Below, in pieces: positions 31,415-39,584 of a DNA stretch of 64,000 nt. A program made the position numbers and the translations under genes. How positions within the stretch are numbered: the first letter of the stretch is position 1; each line of letters begins with the position of its first letter. Under the pieces are notes generated by a model. It was not told where the DNA came from. It saw only the letters and a program-made list of their open reading frames with translations, and did not search any database. Source of the DNA: a virus. The stretch lies in IMG/VR virus record IMGVR_UViG_3300023174_000053, positions 1 through 64,000 of that record; one strand, written 5' to 3'.

Positions 31415-31562
31415 CATTATCCTCAAATACTTCATCGTAATCAATAATTCGTTGATTACTCTTTACTTTATGTGCTTGAACGTCTGTATAGATTTCTGCT
31501 TTCAAAGAATCTAAAAGCAGTTCCATATTTCTTATAATCAATTTAACTTTTTCTCTATCCAT
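31407..31562 (-). CDS. Small conserved hypothetical protein (51 aa)
   Basis: Manual translation MDREKVKLIIRNMELLLDSLKAEIYTD...DYDEVFEDNDD; overlaps the next gene. Confidence 0.6.
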   Translation of the reverse strand: MDREKVKLIIRNMELLLDSLKAEIYTDVQAHKVKSNQRIIDYDEVFEDNDD

Positions 31563-31593
31563 ATTATAAAGTTATCTTCAGTTATTCTAGCAT

Positions 31594-31620
31594 AAAAAAA
31601 GGAGGGAATCAATCCCTCCT
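31594..31620 (-). terminator. Intrinsic terminator after the downstream peptide
   Basis: aggagggatt / aatccctcct-type hairpin followed by a U7 run on the minus strand. Confidence 0.75.
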
Positions 31621-31626
31621 AGATTA

Positions 31627-31740
31627 TCAACGCATTGCCATTGCTAGTTTTGCTTGATGTTCACGTTGTTCTTTTTCTTTTTGTTGCTTGATTAAAACAA
31701 GCTGCCAGTTATTATTAGTTTTTACTTTTACTTGTGACAT
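31627..31740 (-). CDS. 37-aa peptide downstream of the riboswitch-like RNA
   Basis: MSQVKVKTNNNWQLVLIKQQKEKEQREHQAKLAMAMR; strong SD AAGGAG at 31749-31754 and its own terminator. Confidence 0.7.
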   Translation of the reverse strand: MSQVKVKTNNNWQLVLIKQQKEKEQREHQAKLAMAMR

Positions 31741-31773
31741 TAGGTTTTCTCCTTAGTTGTTTAGATTAAAGAG

Positions 31774-31942
31774 CGTTCCTTCAGTCGGCGTTTGCGTCTA
31801 TTTTACACCTTTTGGGAGTAATCTTTTTGATTTCCCAAATTAAATCATTACGAGTTTGTGGAGGCATATTTGCCTTCATAACTCTTCCAATAATCAATTG
31901 TGCCTGAAGACAACTGAGTAAGAGTGTTTCCATAGATGAACG
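31774..31942 (-). ncRNA. Glutamine riboswitch-like aptamer 2 (Downstream-peptide type) with a 130-nt coding loop
   Basis: CGTTCA-TCTAT-[130 nt]-ATAGA-CGCAAACGCCGACTGAA-GGAACG. Confidence 0.65.
31781..31933 (-). CDS. 50-aa ORF nested inside aptamer 2
   Basis: METLLLSCLQAQLIIGRVMKANMPPQTRNDLIWEIKKITPKRCKIDANAD*. Confidence 0.55.
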   Translation of the reverse strand: METLLLSCLQAQLIIGRVMKANMPPQTRNDLIWEIKKITPKRCKIDANAD

Positions 31943-31945
31943 ATC

Positions 31946-31987
31946 CGTTCCGCGTCGGCTTACTTCCGACCCAAAATGGGTTGAACG
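31946..31987 (-). ncRNA. Glutamine riboswitch-like aptamer 1 (glnA/Downstream-peptide family)
   Basis: CGTTCA-ACCCA-TTT-TGGGT-CGGAAGTAAGCCGACGC-GGAACG. Confidence 0.65.
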
Positions 31988-32055
31988 TACTGTATATATT
32001 AGCATAAAAATAAAAAAATAGCAACAGATGCTTTAAGTGTATCGTGCTGCTACTT

Positions 32056-32334
32056 TTATCTGCGTTTTTTCGTTTCTTTGGGAACATATCCATACATCTT
32101 TGGACTTACTTTTCCGTCAGTCCATTTAATTTCTTTAAGTGCTCCCTTTCCATACTCATCATAATAAGTATCAAACACTTCAACCTTACCACCTGCTTGT
32201 ACTATATCATATTTTTCTGTATCTTTTACAAGATACGTCACAAGATAAGAATTAATAGGAAGACTTGTATCTTTTGATAATGATTTATCGCAGTCTTTAT
32301 GTATAATATTCAACATTTTTCCTCCAGTTTTCAA
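32056..32334 (-). CDS. Conserved hypothetical protein
   Basis: ORF track; compact operon packing. Confidence 0.55.
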   Translation of the reverse strand: MKTGGKMLNIIHKDCDKSLSKDTSLPINSYLVTYLVKDTEKYDIVQAGGKVEVFDTYYDEYGKGALKEIKWTDGKVSPKMYGYVPKETKKRR

Positions 32335-32897
32335 CCTCTATTTCCCCAAACAATATCAGGGTATGCTTCCGAAATAATCTCTTTATTGACTTTATATCTA
32401 CTTTCAAGTTTCTTATCTTTACATAAACAAAGAATTTCTGCTTCCAAAGGATGCAAACCTTCCAAAAGATTTACAAAAATATTTTCTCTACGAATTCCAT
32501 TCAGTGTATCGTTTCCACCTTTAATGAAATTATAAAACTTAGTATATTCTTTACGAATTGTAGAATATCTTTGATCAAGTGCTCCTATTGATGAACCATT
32601 CATTTGTTTGATTGCATCTTCAATTCTTTCAGACATTGTTGATGTCTTCATATCATTCTCACCAAAAAATGGAACATCACCTTCTGGTAAAACAGATATT
32701 ACCGATTCATCAAAATTCCAAATAAAAATTGCTTTTAACGAATCGTGCTCGTATGTTTTAAGAACTTCTACTTTCTTTGCCTTTGATCTTTGTTTTGAAG
32801 CAAGAGCAAGGATTTCAAATATAAATGGATTTGTTGGAAGAATTTCGAGTTCAGTCTCTGTCTTCTTCGTCGTCGTTGTCGTCGTCATAATTTTCAA
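32331..32897 (-). CDS. Conserved T4-like hypothetical protein
   Basis: LPEGDVP, RRE..F..LLEGLHP.EAE.L.L.KDK. Confidence 0.65.
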   Translation of the reverse strand: MKIMTTTTTTKKTETELEILPTNPFIFEILALASKQRSKAKKVEVLKTYEHDSLKAIFIWNFDESVISVLPEGDVPFFGENDMKTSTMSERIEDAIKQMNGSSIGALDQRYSTIRKEYTKFYNFIKGGNDTLNGIRRENIFVNLLEGLHPLEAEILCLCKDKKLESRYKVNKEIISEAYPDIVWGNRG

Positions 32898-33081
32898 ATC
32901 GTACTGCTAAAATTTCGTCTGGTATGAGATTACCGTTCTCATCAAACATTTCTGGATGAGTATAAAATTGTCTAACTTGATTTTCATACAAGTGAGACTT
33001 CGTTAGCCAACCTATTACTCCGCCCACAAGTAAAAATAAAAAAGTTAATATAGTGAAAATGGTGAGTTCTGATGCTAACAT
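32851..33081 (-). CDS. Small membrane protein
   Basis: N-terminal TM helix; HPEMFDENGN. Confidence 0.6.
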   Translation of the reverse strand: MLASELTIFTILTFLFLLVGGVIGWLTKSHLYENQVRQFYTHPEMFDENGNLIPDEILAVRFENYDDDNDDEEDRD

Positions 33082-33098
33082 TTTTTTTCTCCAAGAGA

Positions 33099-33284
33099 TT
33101 ACGTTTTCTTTGCCACTCTTAGTTCAATTTTAAAATGTATCTCTCGTTTAAAAAGAGAAAACATTTTCCCAAAACTGAACTGTCTGGAATCCAATTCTGG
33201 TTGATTTGTCCCTCCTTTTTTGCGAAGTAATAACTCAACACCACGATTGATGTCTGTTCTTCCAGAATTATTTATAGTACTCAT
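33099..33284 (-). CDS. Hypothetical protein
   Basis: INRGVELLLR motif; operon packing. Confidence 0.5.
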   Translation of the reverse strand: MSTINNSGRTDINRGVELLLRKKGGTNQPELDSRQFSFGKMFSLFKREIHFKIELRVAKKT

Positions 33285-33532
33285 TAAAACATATTATTCT
33301 CTTGTAAGTACTTCACGGTATCACTACATCCACCAATATGTTTTTGTTCAAAAACAACTTGTGGAAATGTAGAACCTTCTCCAAATTCAGCATAGAATTG
33401 CTCTCTTGTAAATTCAGTTCCAAGTTCATAACAAATGACTGGGTATCCTTTTTTGACACTCAAATCACCTAAAACCATTTTAATTTTGTCACAATAAGGA
33501 CAACCTTTTTTTGAATAAACTGTAAAACTCAT
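33284..33532 (-). CDS. nrdC: Glutaredoxin
   Basis: CPYC, TFPQV, IGGC.D. Confidence 0.9.
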   Translation of the reverse strand: MSFTVYSKKGCPYCDKIKMVLGDLSVKKGYPVICYELGTEFTREQFYAEFGEGSTFPQVVFEQKHIGGCSDTVKYLQENNMF

Positions 33533-33629
33533 AAAATTATTAATAAGGGTATAAGAATTATTAAAATTGAAATTAAGGTCCCCATTACATTTGCTGCAAT
33601 GGGGTAGATACTACCATCATCCATGAATA

Positions 33630-34001
33630 TTAAGACGCATTATTTCTTCTTGGTCTATACTTATATAGATTTGAATTTTCTTCTGGTTTCATCCATTTTA
33701 CTATAGCATCTCTTTTTGCTTCTGTAAAGAAGTCTTGATTATAATACCACTGTTCCCAAGGAGTATGTCCCTTGGATTGATTACAAGAATGACAACAAGC
33801 AATTACATTTGTCTTAATATCTAAACCACCTTTACACTGGGGAGTAATATGGTCTAGTGTGATATTTTCTTCTGAGTCACAATAGGCACACTTATGTTCC
33901 CATTGTTCTTTTATAATCCTCCTCCACATTCGTTTTGCTTCTGCTTTACTTGTTGTCTCTAGATTAAACAGATAGTCCTTAAAAGAATGTAGAGGAACCA
34001 T
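33630..34001 (-). CDS. HNH endonuclease
   Basis: CAYC...LDHI.P...GG....N...CC..CN..K; probable start MVPLHS at 34001. Confidence 0.85.
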   Translation of the reverse strand: MVPLHSFKDYLFNLETTSKAEAKRMWRRIIKEQWEHKCAYCDSEENITLDHITPQCKGGLDIKTNVIACCHSCNQSKGHTPWEQWYYNQDFFTEAKRDAIVKWMKPEENSNLYKYRPRRNNAS

Positions 34002-34020
34002 AAGTATTTGCAACTTATGA

Positions 34021-34215
34021 TTATTTATTGCCGTTTTTCTTCTTACAGGCATCTCGTGCCCATGCTCTCAATAAACTATTTACATAAGAACATCCTTTTT
34101 TAGATTCCCCACAGTATGGACATTTTGTATCTGGGGGATCTTTTAGGTAACCCTCAGGTGTGTACATCCTCTTCTTTTTAAGATTATCAGATTGTTTATG
34201 CTTTCGGTAATTCAT
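34021..34215 (-). CDS. Hypothetical protein with a CPYC motif
   Basis: ORF track. Confidence 0.45.
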   Translation of the reverse strand: MNYRKHKQSDNLKKKRMYTPEGYLKDPPDTKCPYCGESKKGCSYVNSLLRAWARDACKKKNGNK

Positions 34216-34526
34216 ACCCTAAAAGGTTCTTGTTGCCTTTCTGGTAGTTTGATTTGCGGTAATTGATTAATTTTCTCAACCATCCATTCATCTTGATGTT
34301 CTTGATAAGGTTTAGGGTTGATAGTAATTTCATTGGTAGGAAGTGCTTTGGGCATTTCAATATCAATCACCTGACCCATCAGAAACTTATTTCTTGTAAT
34401 TGTCCGATTGGCAGGGTCAAATGCAACCATTGCATGAGCATCTTGTTCATCACCACAATCTACAATTTTTCTACCAGTCTTAGTCTCAATGACGGAAAAG
34501 TAATCTTCGGTATTATACTTGTTCAT
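34212..34526 (-). CDS. Hypothetical protein
   Basis: ORF track; operon packing. Confidence 0.55.
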   Translation of the reverse strand: MNKYNTEDYFSVIETKTGRKIVDCGDEQDAHAMVAFDPANRTITRNKFLMGQVIDIEMPKALPTNEITINPKPYQEHQDEWMVEKINQLPQIKLPERQQEPFRV

Positions 34527-34635
34527 TTTTTGAAGTTTTTTGATTATTATACTCCCTTTTCATCGGTCTGTAAAGTTGTGGCCATGTATCTCTGATAATC
34601 TCTGCGAGTTTGTATGGTGTGTGTGAGGATATCAT
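34513..34635 (-). CDS. Small hypothetical protein (40 aa)
   Basis: Manual translation MISSHTPYKLAEIIRDTWPQLYRP... Confidence 0.4.
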   Translation of the reverse strand: MISSHTPYKLAEIIRDTWPQLYRPMKREYNNQKTSKNEQV

Positions 34636-34697
34636 AATAGGGACATTAGAAAGAGGAACACTCCGAAGAGTTGGAATGCTAGGAGGATGAGGAGCAT

Positions 34698-34723
34698 AAA
34701 AAAAGGAGTTCTAGGAACTCCTC
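34698..34723 (-). terminator. psbD terminator
   Basis: aggagttc / gaactcct hairpin plus a U-run. Confidence 0.75.
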
Positions 34724-34732
34724 TTATTTATT

Positions 34733-35794
34733 TTAGAGTGCGTTCCCGCGAGGCAATACCTCATCAGGAAATACGAACCGTTCCCCTGGCTGGTCTATTG
34801 GTGCTAACCAAGCACGTAAGCCTTCGTTTAAAAGCACGTTTTTTGTGTAAAAGGTCTCGAATTCAGGGTCTTCAGCAGCACGAATCTCTTGACTCACGAA
34901 ATCATATGCACGAAGATTAAAGGCAAGGCCAATAATGCCAATGGAAGAAGTCCAAAGCCCCATGACTGGAACAAATAACATTAGAAAATGAAGAAATCTT
35001 TTATTACTAAAAGCAACACCGAAGATTTGCGACCAGAAACGGTTAGCAGTCACCATACTATAAGTCTCTTCCTCTTGAGTCGGTTCAAATGCTTTGAAGG
35101 TGTTTGCCTGGTCACTGTCCTCAAAGAGTGTATTCTCCACAGTAGCACCATGAATGGCACATAACAATGCTCCACCAAGAATACCTGCAACACCCATCAT
35201 ATGAAAGGGGTTGAGTGTCCAGTTGTGGAAACCCTGCAGGAATAGGAGGAACCTAAAAATCGCTGCAACACCAAAACTCGGCGCAAAGAACCAACTCGAT
35301 TGTCCGAGTGGATACATGAGAAACACACTGACAAAAACAGCAATAGGCCCAGAAAACGCAATAGCATTGTACGGTCTAATCCCTACTAAACGAGCAATCT
35401 CAAACTGACGAAGCATAAATCCAATTAGAGCAAAGGCACCGTGGAGAGCAACAAAGGGCCAAAGCCCTCCAAGTTGGAACCACCTGACGATATCCCCCTG
35501 AGCTTCAGGACCCCAGAGAAGCAGAAGAGAATGACCCATAGCGTCTGCTGGAGTACTAACTGATGAAGTAAGAAAGTTTGCACCCTCAAGATAGGAAGAT
35601 GCAATGCCGTGAGTGTACCAACTCGTAACGAAAGTTGTCCCAGTAAGCCAACCACCAAGAGCAAGATAAGCAGTGGGAAAAAGAAGAAGTCCAGACCATC
35701 CAACAAATATAAAACGGTCGCGTTTAACCCAGTCGTCCAAGACATCAAACCATCCTCTCTGTGAAACTGGTTGTGAAAGTGTAGATGAAACCAT
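34733..35794 (-). CDS. psbD: Photosystem II D2 protein
   Basis: [41 protein letters not shown]; ATG at 35794. Confidence 0.98.
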   Translation of the reverse strand: MVSSTLSQPVSQRGWFDVLDDWVKRDRFIFVGWSGLLLFPTAYLALGGWLTGTTFVTSWYTHGIASSYLEGANFLTSSVSTPADAMGHSLLLLWGPEAQGDIVRWFQLGGLWPFVALHGAFALIGFMLRQFEIARLVGIRPYNAIAFSGPIAVFVSVFLMYPLGQSSWFFAPSFGVAAIFRFLLFLQGFHNWTLNPFHMMGVAGILGGALLCAIHGATVENTLFEDSDQANTFKAFEPTQEEETYSMVTANRFWSQIFGVAFSNKRFLHFLMLFVPVMGLWTSSIGIIGLAFNLRAYDFVSQEIRAAEDPEFETFYTKNVLLNEGLRAWLAPIDQPGERFVFPDEVLPRGNAL

Positions 35795-35862
35795 AAGCAC
35801 CTTTAGTATTTCTCATATTTATGTTATCATATCATAACATAGAAGTCAATGAGTGCTTTTAT

Positions 35863-36651
35863 TCAGTTTTTGATTTTCATTCCAGGTATCCAATTATCAC
35901 CAGGGCATTCTATACTCATTTTAAGATTTCCACAACCATCATTCCACCACTTTTTGCCTTTCATTTTGTCTCTCCTTTTTTTTCTGGTTTCTTCACTTAC
36001 TACATTTCTTCTTCCAAGAACCCAACCATCTCCGGGGCATTCATTAGACATACAGAATTTATTTATTGATAGATTATGCCACCATTTTTTTACTTTCATT
36101 TTGTCTCTCCTTTTTTTTCTGGTTTCTTCACTTACATTTCTTGATTTTTCCCCCAATTTCTTTCGTGTTTCTTCCGAAACAATTTTTCCTTTATGCACCT
36201 TACTCAATTTAAGTTTATGTTCTTCGGAAATGGTTTTACCATACTGGGGATGATTTTCTCCTTTCGATGCTTCACTTATTTTCCTTATATTTTCTGGGGT
36301 ATGTTTTTTTCCATAAAAAGGATTATTTTCACCTTTTTTTGACTCACCCATTTTTATTTTAGTTTCTTCACTTCGTATAGCACCAGAAGTCCCCTCACCC
36401 CCATCAGTTTTATTTCTTAAAATGCCTGTCCCCAAATCCTTTCTACCAAAGACAGCAATCATATACTTTTCGTGTTTGAATGCTTCTTGTTCTGTTAAAT
36501 TTTGTTTGAGAAATATTATTCTCGATTTATCATTTGGTAAAATAATACTTTCTTTTTTACCTTTTTTATATGCTCTATTATCTTTCCCCTTACCAATATA
36601 ATAGGGGGTTCTGTCTTCTCTCAAATAGGCATAAGTGTAAAAATCATTCAT
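35863..36651 (-). CDS. GIY-YIG-like homing endonuclease with NUMOD3 repeats
   Basis: YTYAYLREDRTPYYIGKG, LRNKTDGGEG, FYGKKH and a duplicated SEETRKKRRDKMK..KWW module. Confidence 0.8.
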   Translation of the reverse strand: MNDFYTYAYLREDRTPYYIGKGKDNRAYKKGKKESIILPNDKSRIIFLKQNLTEQEAFKHEKYMIAVFGRKDLGTGILRNKTDGGEGTSGAIRSEETKIKMGESKKGENNPFYGKKHTPENIRKISEASKGENHPQYGKTISEEHKLKLSKVHKGKIVSEETRKKLGEKSRNVSEETRKKRRDKMKVKKWWHNLSINKFCMSNECPGDGWVLGRRNVVSEETRKKRRDKMKGKKWWNDGCGNLKMSIECPGDNWIPGMKIKN

Positions 36652-37174
36652 AATTTTTGTATTTTTTTAGGTATAATACTGCGGATTGTAAGGTACTTAT
36701 ATTATCACCAACTAGTCCTAACATACGATTACAATTACTACAGAGCAACCCACGAACTTTACCTGTAGAGTGGTTGTGGTCTACATAAAGACTATTACTA
36801 TCTTTTCTACCATTAGTATTTGGATTTAAGCAAATAGCACATACCTCGTTTTGTTCTTGGAGGATATTTTCATACTGTTCCAATCCAAAATCTTTACCAT
36901 AAGTATACTTTAACATATAGTCCTTCTTCTCACTATAAGAAGGTCTCTTATCTCTATAAGTTTCACTATAACAACTCTTACATCTCTTATGACCTTTATA
37001 GTATTCTGATATTGGTTTTTCTACACTACATTTATTACAAGTAATATGAGTTTTACTAGACCAGTTTTCAGCATAAGTTTTTTCTTCGCATCTTATACAT
37101 CTTCTACGACCTTCTCTAAAATCAGAGGTAGGAAGTTCTTTGGTGCAAGTTCTACAAATCTTCGTGGTTCTCAT
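36644..37174 (-). CDS. Endonuclease VII-family homing endonuclease (F-CphI-like)
   Basis: CAIC...VDHNHSTGKVRGLLCSNCNRMLG; directly downstream of psbA. Confidence 0.85.
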   Translation of the reverse strand: MRTTKICRTCTKELPTSDFREGRRRCIRCEEKTYAENWSSKTHITCNKCSVEKPISEYYKGHKRCKSCYSETYRDKRPSYSEKKDYMLKYTYGKDFGLEQYENILQEQNEVCAICLNPNTNGRKDSNSLYVDHNHSTGKVRGLLCSNCNRMLGLVGDNISTLQSAVLYLKKYKNYE

Positions 37175-37175
37175 T

Positions 37176-37219
37176 ATGGTGTTTAATCTTTTAACTATTT
37201 ATAAAATATTAAACTCCAT
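37176..37219 (-). promoter_or_regulatory. Translation-blocking hairpin with a TATAAATA late promoter in its loop
   Basis: Arms atggtgtttaat (37176-37187) / attaaactccat (37208-37219); exact TATAAATA at 37196-37203 on the minus strand. Confidence 0.7.
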
Positions 37220-37226
37220 TATACCA

Positions 37227-37254
37227 CAAAAAAAGAGACCCGTAAAGGGTCTCT
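37227..37254 (-). terminator. psbA terminator
   Basis: agagaccc / gggtctct hairpin plus a U-run. Confidence 0.8.
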
Positions 37255-37261
37255 AATGTTA

Positions 37262-38552
37262 TCAACCGATTGTTGGTGCAGTAAGAGCAACTTGTGTTGT
37301 CTCAGCAGCAGCAAGGTCTAAAGGAAAGTTATGTGCATTCTTAAACTTTTCTTAACTATCTGGTATTACTACCAGGATTGGACTATATCATCACCATTTC
37401 TGGTGTCGGACGCTTATTCCTGTTATTAAGGGAACTGTATCCCTCAGGTAGTCTCTGAACCTTTCTCAGATGTATCTGAGACTTGGCTGCTGATTGTCCC
37501 GTAGGATTTCCAGCAATTCATCCGATTTAAAGAGCGCAAAGCACAACTTGACGCTCATGAACCACTTCCAGTCCCAAATTTGCCCGATTAAGCACATCTG
37601 CCCAAGTAGGAATCACTCTACCTTGATGGTCAAGAATTGATTGATTAAAATTAAGACCATTAAGATTGAAAGATGAAACTGCAATACCCATAGCAGCACA
37701 CCAGATACCAAATACTGGAAGTGCAGCAAGGAAAAAGTGAAGACTACGGGAGTTATTGAAGGAAGCATATTGAAAAATAAGACGACCGAAATACCCGTGT
37801 GCAGCAACTATCGAATAAGTTTCTTCTTCTTGGCCAAACTTATATCCATAATTTTGAGATACTTGTTCGGTAGTTTCACGAACAATAGAAGAAGTCACAA
37901 GGGAACCGTGCATTGCTGATGCCAAAGCACCACCAAAAACACCAGCAACACCTAACATATGAAATGGATTCATAAGAATATTATGCTCTGCAGAAAATAC
38001 AAGCATATAATTAAAAGTTCCAGAAATACCAAGAGGCATTCCATCACTAAAACTTCCTTGACCAAAGGGATAAATCAAGAATACTGCGGTTGCAGCAACA
38101 GCAGGAGCACTATAAGCAACTGCAATCCAAGGACGCATACCCAAACGGTATGAAAGTTCCCATTCCCGACCAAGATAGCACCAGACACCAATCAAAAAGT
38201 GGAATACCACTGCTTGATATGCCCAACCATTATAAAGTGCTTCGTCAATAGAAGCAGCATCCCAAAGATTATAGAGATGCAGTCCAATCGCATTAGAAGA
38301 AGGAACAACAGCACCAGAGATGATGTTGTTTCCCCACATTAGAGACCCAGCAACAGGTTCTCTAATGCCATCAATGTCTACAGGGGGATTTGCAATAAAT
38401 GCAATAATAAAAACCGAAGTAGCAACAAGAAGGCAGGGAATCATCAGAACACCGAACCAACCAACATAAAGACGATTATCGGTAGAAGTCACCCAGGAAC
38501 AAAATTCGTCCCAGGCATTAAAAGTTTTGCGTGTAGCAATTGTAGCAGTCAT
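37262..38552 (-). CDS. psbA: Photosystem II D1 protein, spliced: exon 1 37551-38552 (334 codons), exon 2 37262-37339
   Basis: Exon 1 ends ...EVVHER; exon 2 reads [25 protein letters not shown]; the spliced product is 359 aa. Confidence 0.97.
37340..37550 (-). mobile_element. Group I self-splicing intron in psbA (211 nt, no internal ORF)
   Basis: The 5' exon ends in U and the intron ends in G. P1 GAGCGU/GCGCUC has the U.G pair at the splice site. Core elements P (AATTGCTGGAAA), Q (AATCAGCAG), R (GTTCAGAGACTA) and S (GATATAGTCC) are all present. Confidence 0.92.
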
Positions 38553-38700
38553 TTTTCGTTAAAGGGGTAGGTAATAGTTCAGGAGGTGCTGAACGGTAAA
38601 AGTATTCCTACGCAACCCTCCTGCGTAGGTATAAGGACGGATTTTACTTGCCTATTCCTGGTGCGGCAAGGTTAAGAAATGTGTTGATTCCTTAACATCT
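38553..38700 (-). ncRNA. Structured psbA 5' leader (PhotoRC-II-like motif)
   Basis: Four hairpins: gttaag/cttaac, cttgcc/ggcaag, cctacgca/tgcgtagg, gttcag/ctgaac. Preceded by the late-promoter-like site GATAAATA. Confidence 0.65.
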
Positions 38701-38737
38701 ATTTATCATACCACTGGGTGCCAATGGTGTCAAGGCA

Positions 38738-38762
38738 TAAAAAAAGTCCCCCTTCGGGGACC
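38738..38762 (-). terminator. Intrinsic terminator
   Basis: gtcccc / ggggac hairpin plus U7. Confidence 0.75.
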
Positions 38763-38767
38763 GTAAA

Positions 38768-38992
38768 TCATTCTGCTTCTGTCTCAGTTTCTTCTGTTTC
38801 TGGTAGTGGGATTTCTTCGGGTTCTGGTTCTGGAAGAGATACTCCTGTTTGCGTAAGATACTCAATCGCACCTTGTACTTTCAAAAATAGTTCTCTTTTT
38901 ACTGTAGCCTTGTTTTGTAGTCCTTCCAATTCAAGGGATAGGTCTTGTGCTTGCTTTACAAGATTTGCAAGATGTTCTTGTTGTTCAGTCAT
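38768..38992 (-). CDS. Small acidic hypothetical protein
   Basis: Preceded by TATAAATA (39014-39021) and followed by a terminator. Confidence 0.6.
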   Translation of the reverse strand: MTEQQEHLANLVKQAQDLSLELEGLQNKATVKRELFLKVQGAIEYLTQTGVSLPEPEPEEIPLPETEETETEAE

Positions 38993-39089
38993 AAAAATTT
39001 AATAAGTTTGACTTATTTATACTATACCATAAGTAATCAAATTTGAAAAGTAGTATCCATAAATACTAATAGTCCTATAAAATAGAACA

Positions 39090-39584
39090 ATGAAAAGACT
39101 TCTATTAGCCTTTTCGTTATTCCTTACGACTCCTGTTTTTGCAGGTGAAATTACATCAACAATCACTGATTCCGTTCAATTAACAGTACAGGGTGCAGCG
39201 GTACAAACAGAAAGAATTGGTAGTTCCTATGCAGTTTCGGGAACTAATATTGGAGTTTCAGCATTAGGTGGATTGACTGGTGGTACATCAAGTGCAGCAG
39301 CAACAATGAGTGCTGGTACTTATGCTATTAATAATGATGGTCAAGCATTCACATTTGCAGAATCACTAACTGTTGGAGACAGCACTGTTTCATCACAAAC
39401 AGTATCTAATGGTGCGATTACATCACCAACTCTGTATGGTAAAAATACCACACAGGCAGCAGGTGATAAAGGTACTCTTGCAGGTACAATTAATACCTCT
39501 ACTGGTGCTCTCACATTTACTGCTGGTGGTGCTGGAACCACTGCTATTGGTCAACGTAGTGTAGAACTGAGCGTATTCAAGTGA
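39090..39584 (+). CDS. Secreted beta-rich hypothetical protein
   Basis: Signal peptide MKRLLLAFSLFLTTPVFA. Confidence 0.6.
   Translation: MKRLLLAFSLFLTTPVFAGEITSTITDSVQLTVQGAAVQTERIGSSYAVSGTNIGVSALGGLTGGTSSAAATMSAGTYAINNDGQAFTFAESLTVGDSTVSSQTVSNGAITSPTLYGKNTTQAAGDKGTLAGTINTSTGALTFTAGGAGTTAIGQRSVELSVFK

Noticed and set aside
31781-32093. ORF-track calls 31781-32005 (74 aa) and 31848-32093
   Set aside because: They read through the structured RNA from weak starts; the ATG at 31933 is the more plausible start.
34632-34697. 21-aa hydrophobic ORF after the psbD terminator
   Set aside because: It is too short and has no RBS evidence, so it cannot be supported without a conservation search.
37527-38552. 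psbA looks truncated or pseudogenised in the ORF track (ends QVVLCAL)
   Set aside because: The missing C-terminus is encoded at 37262-37339, beyond a group I intron.
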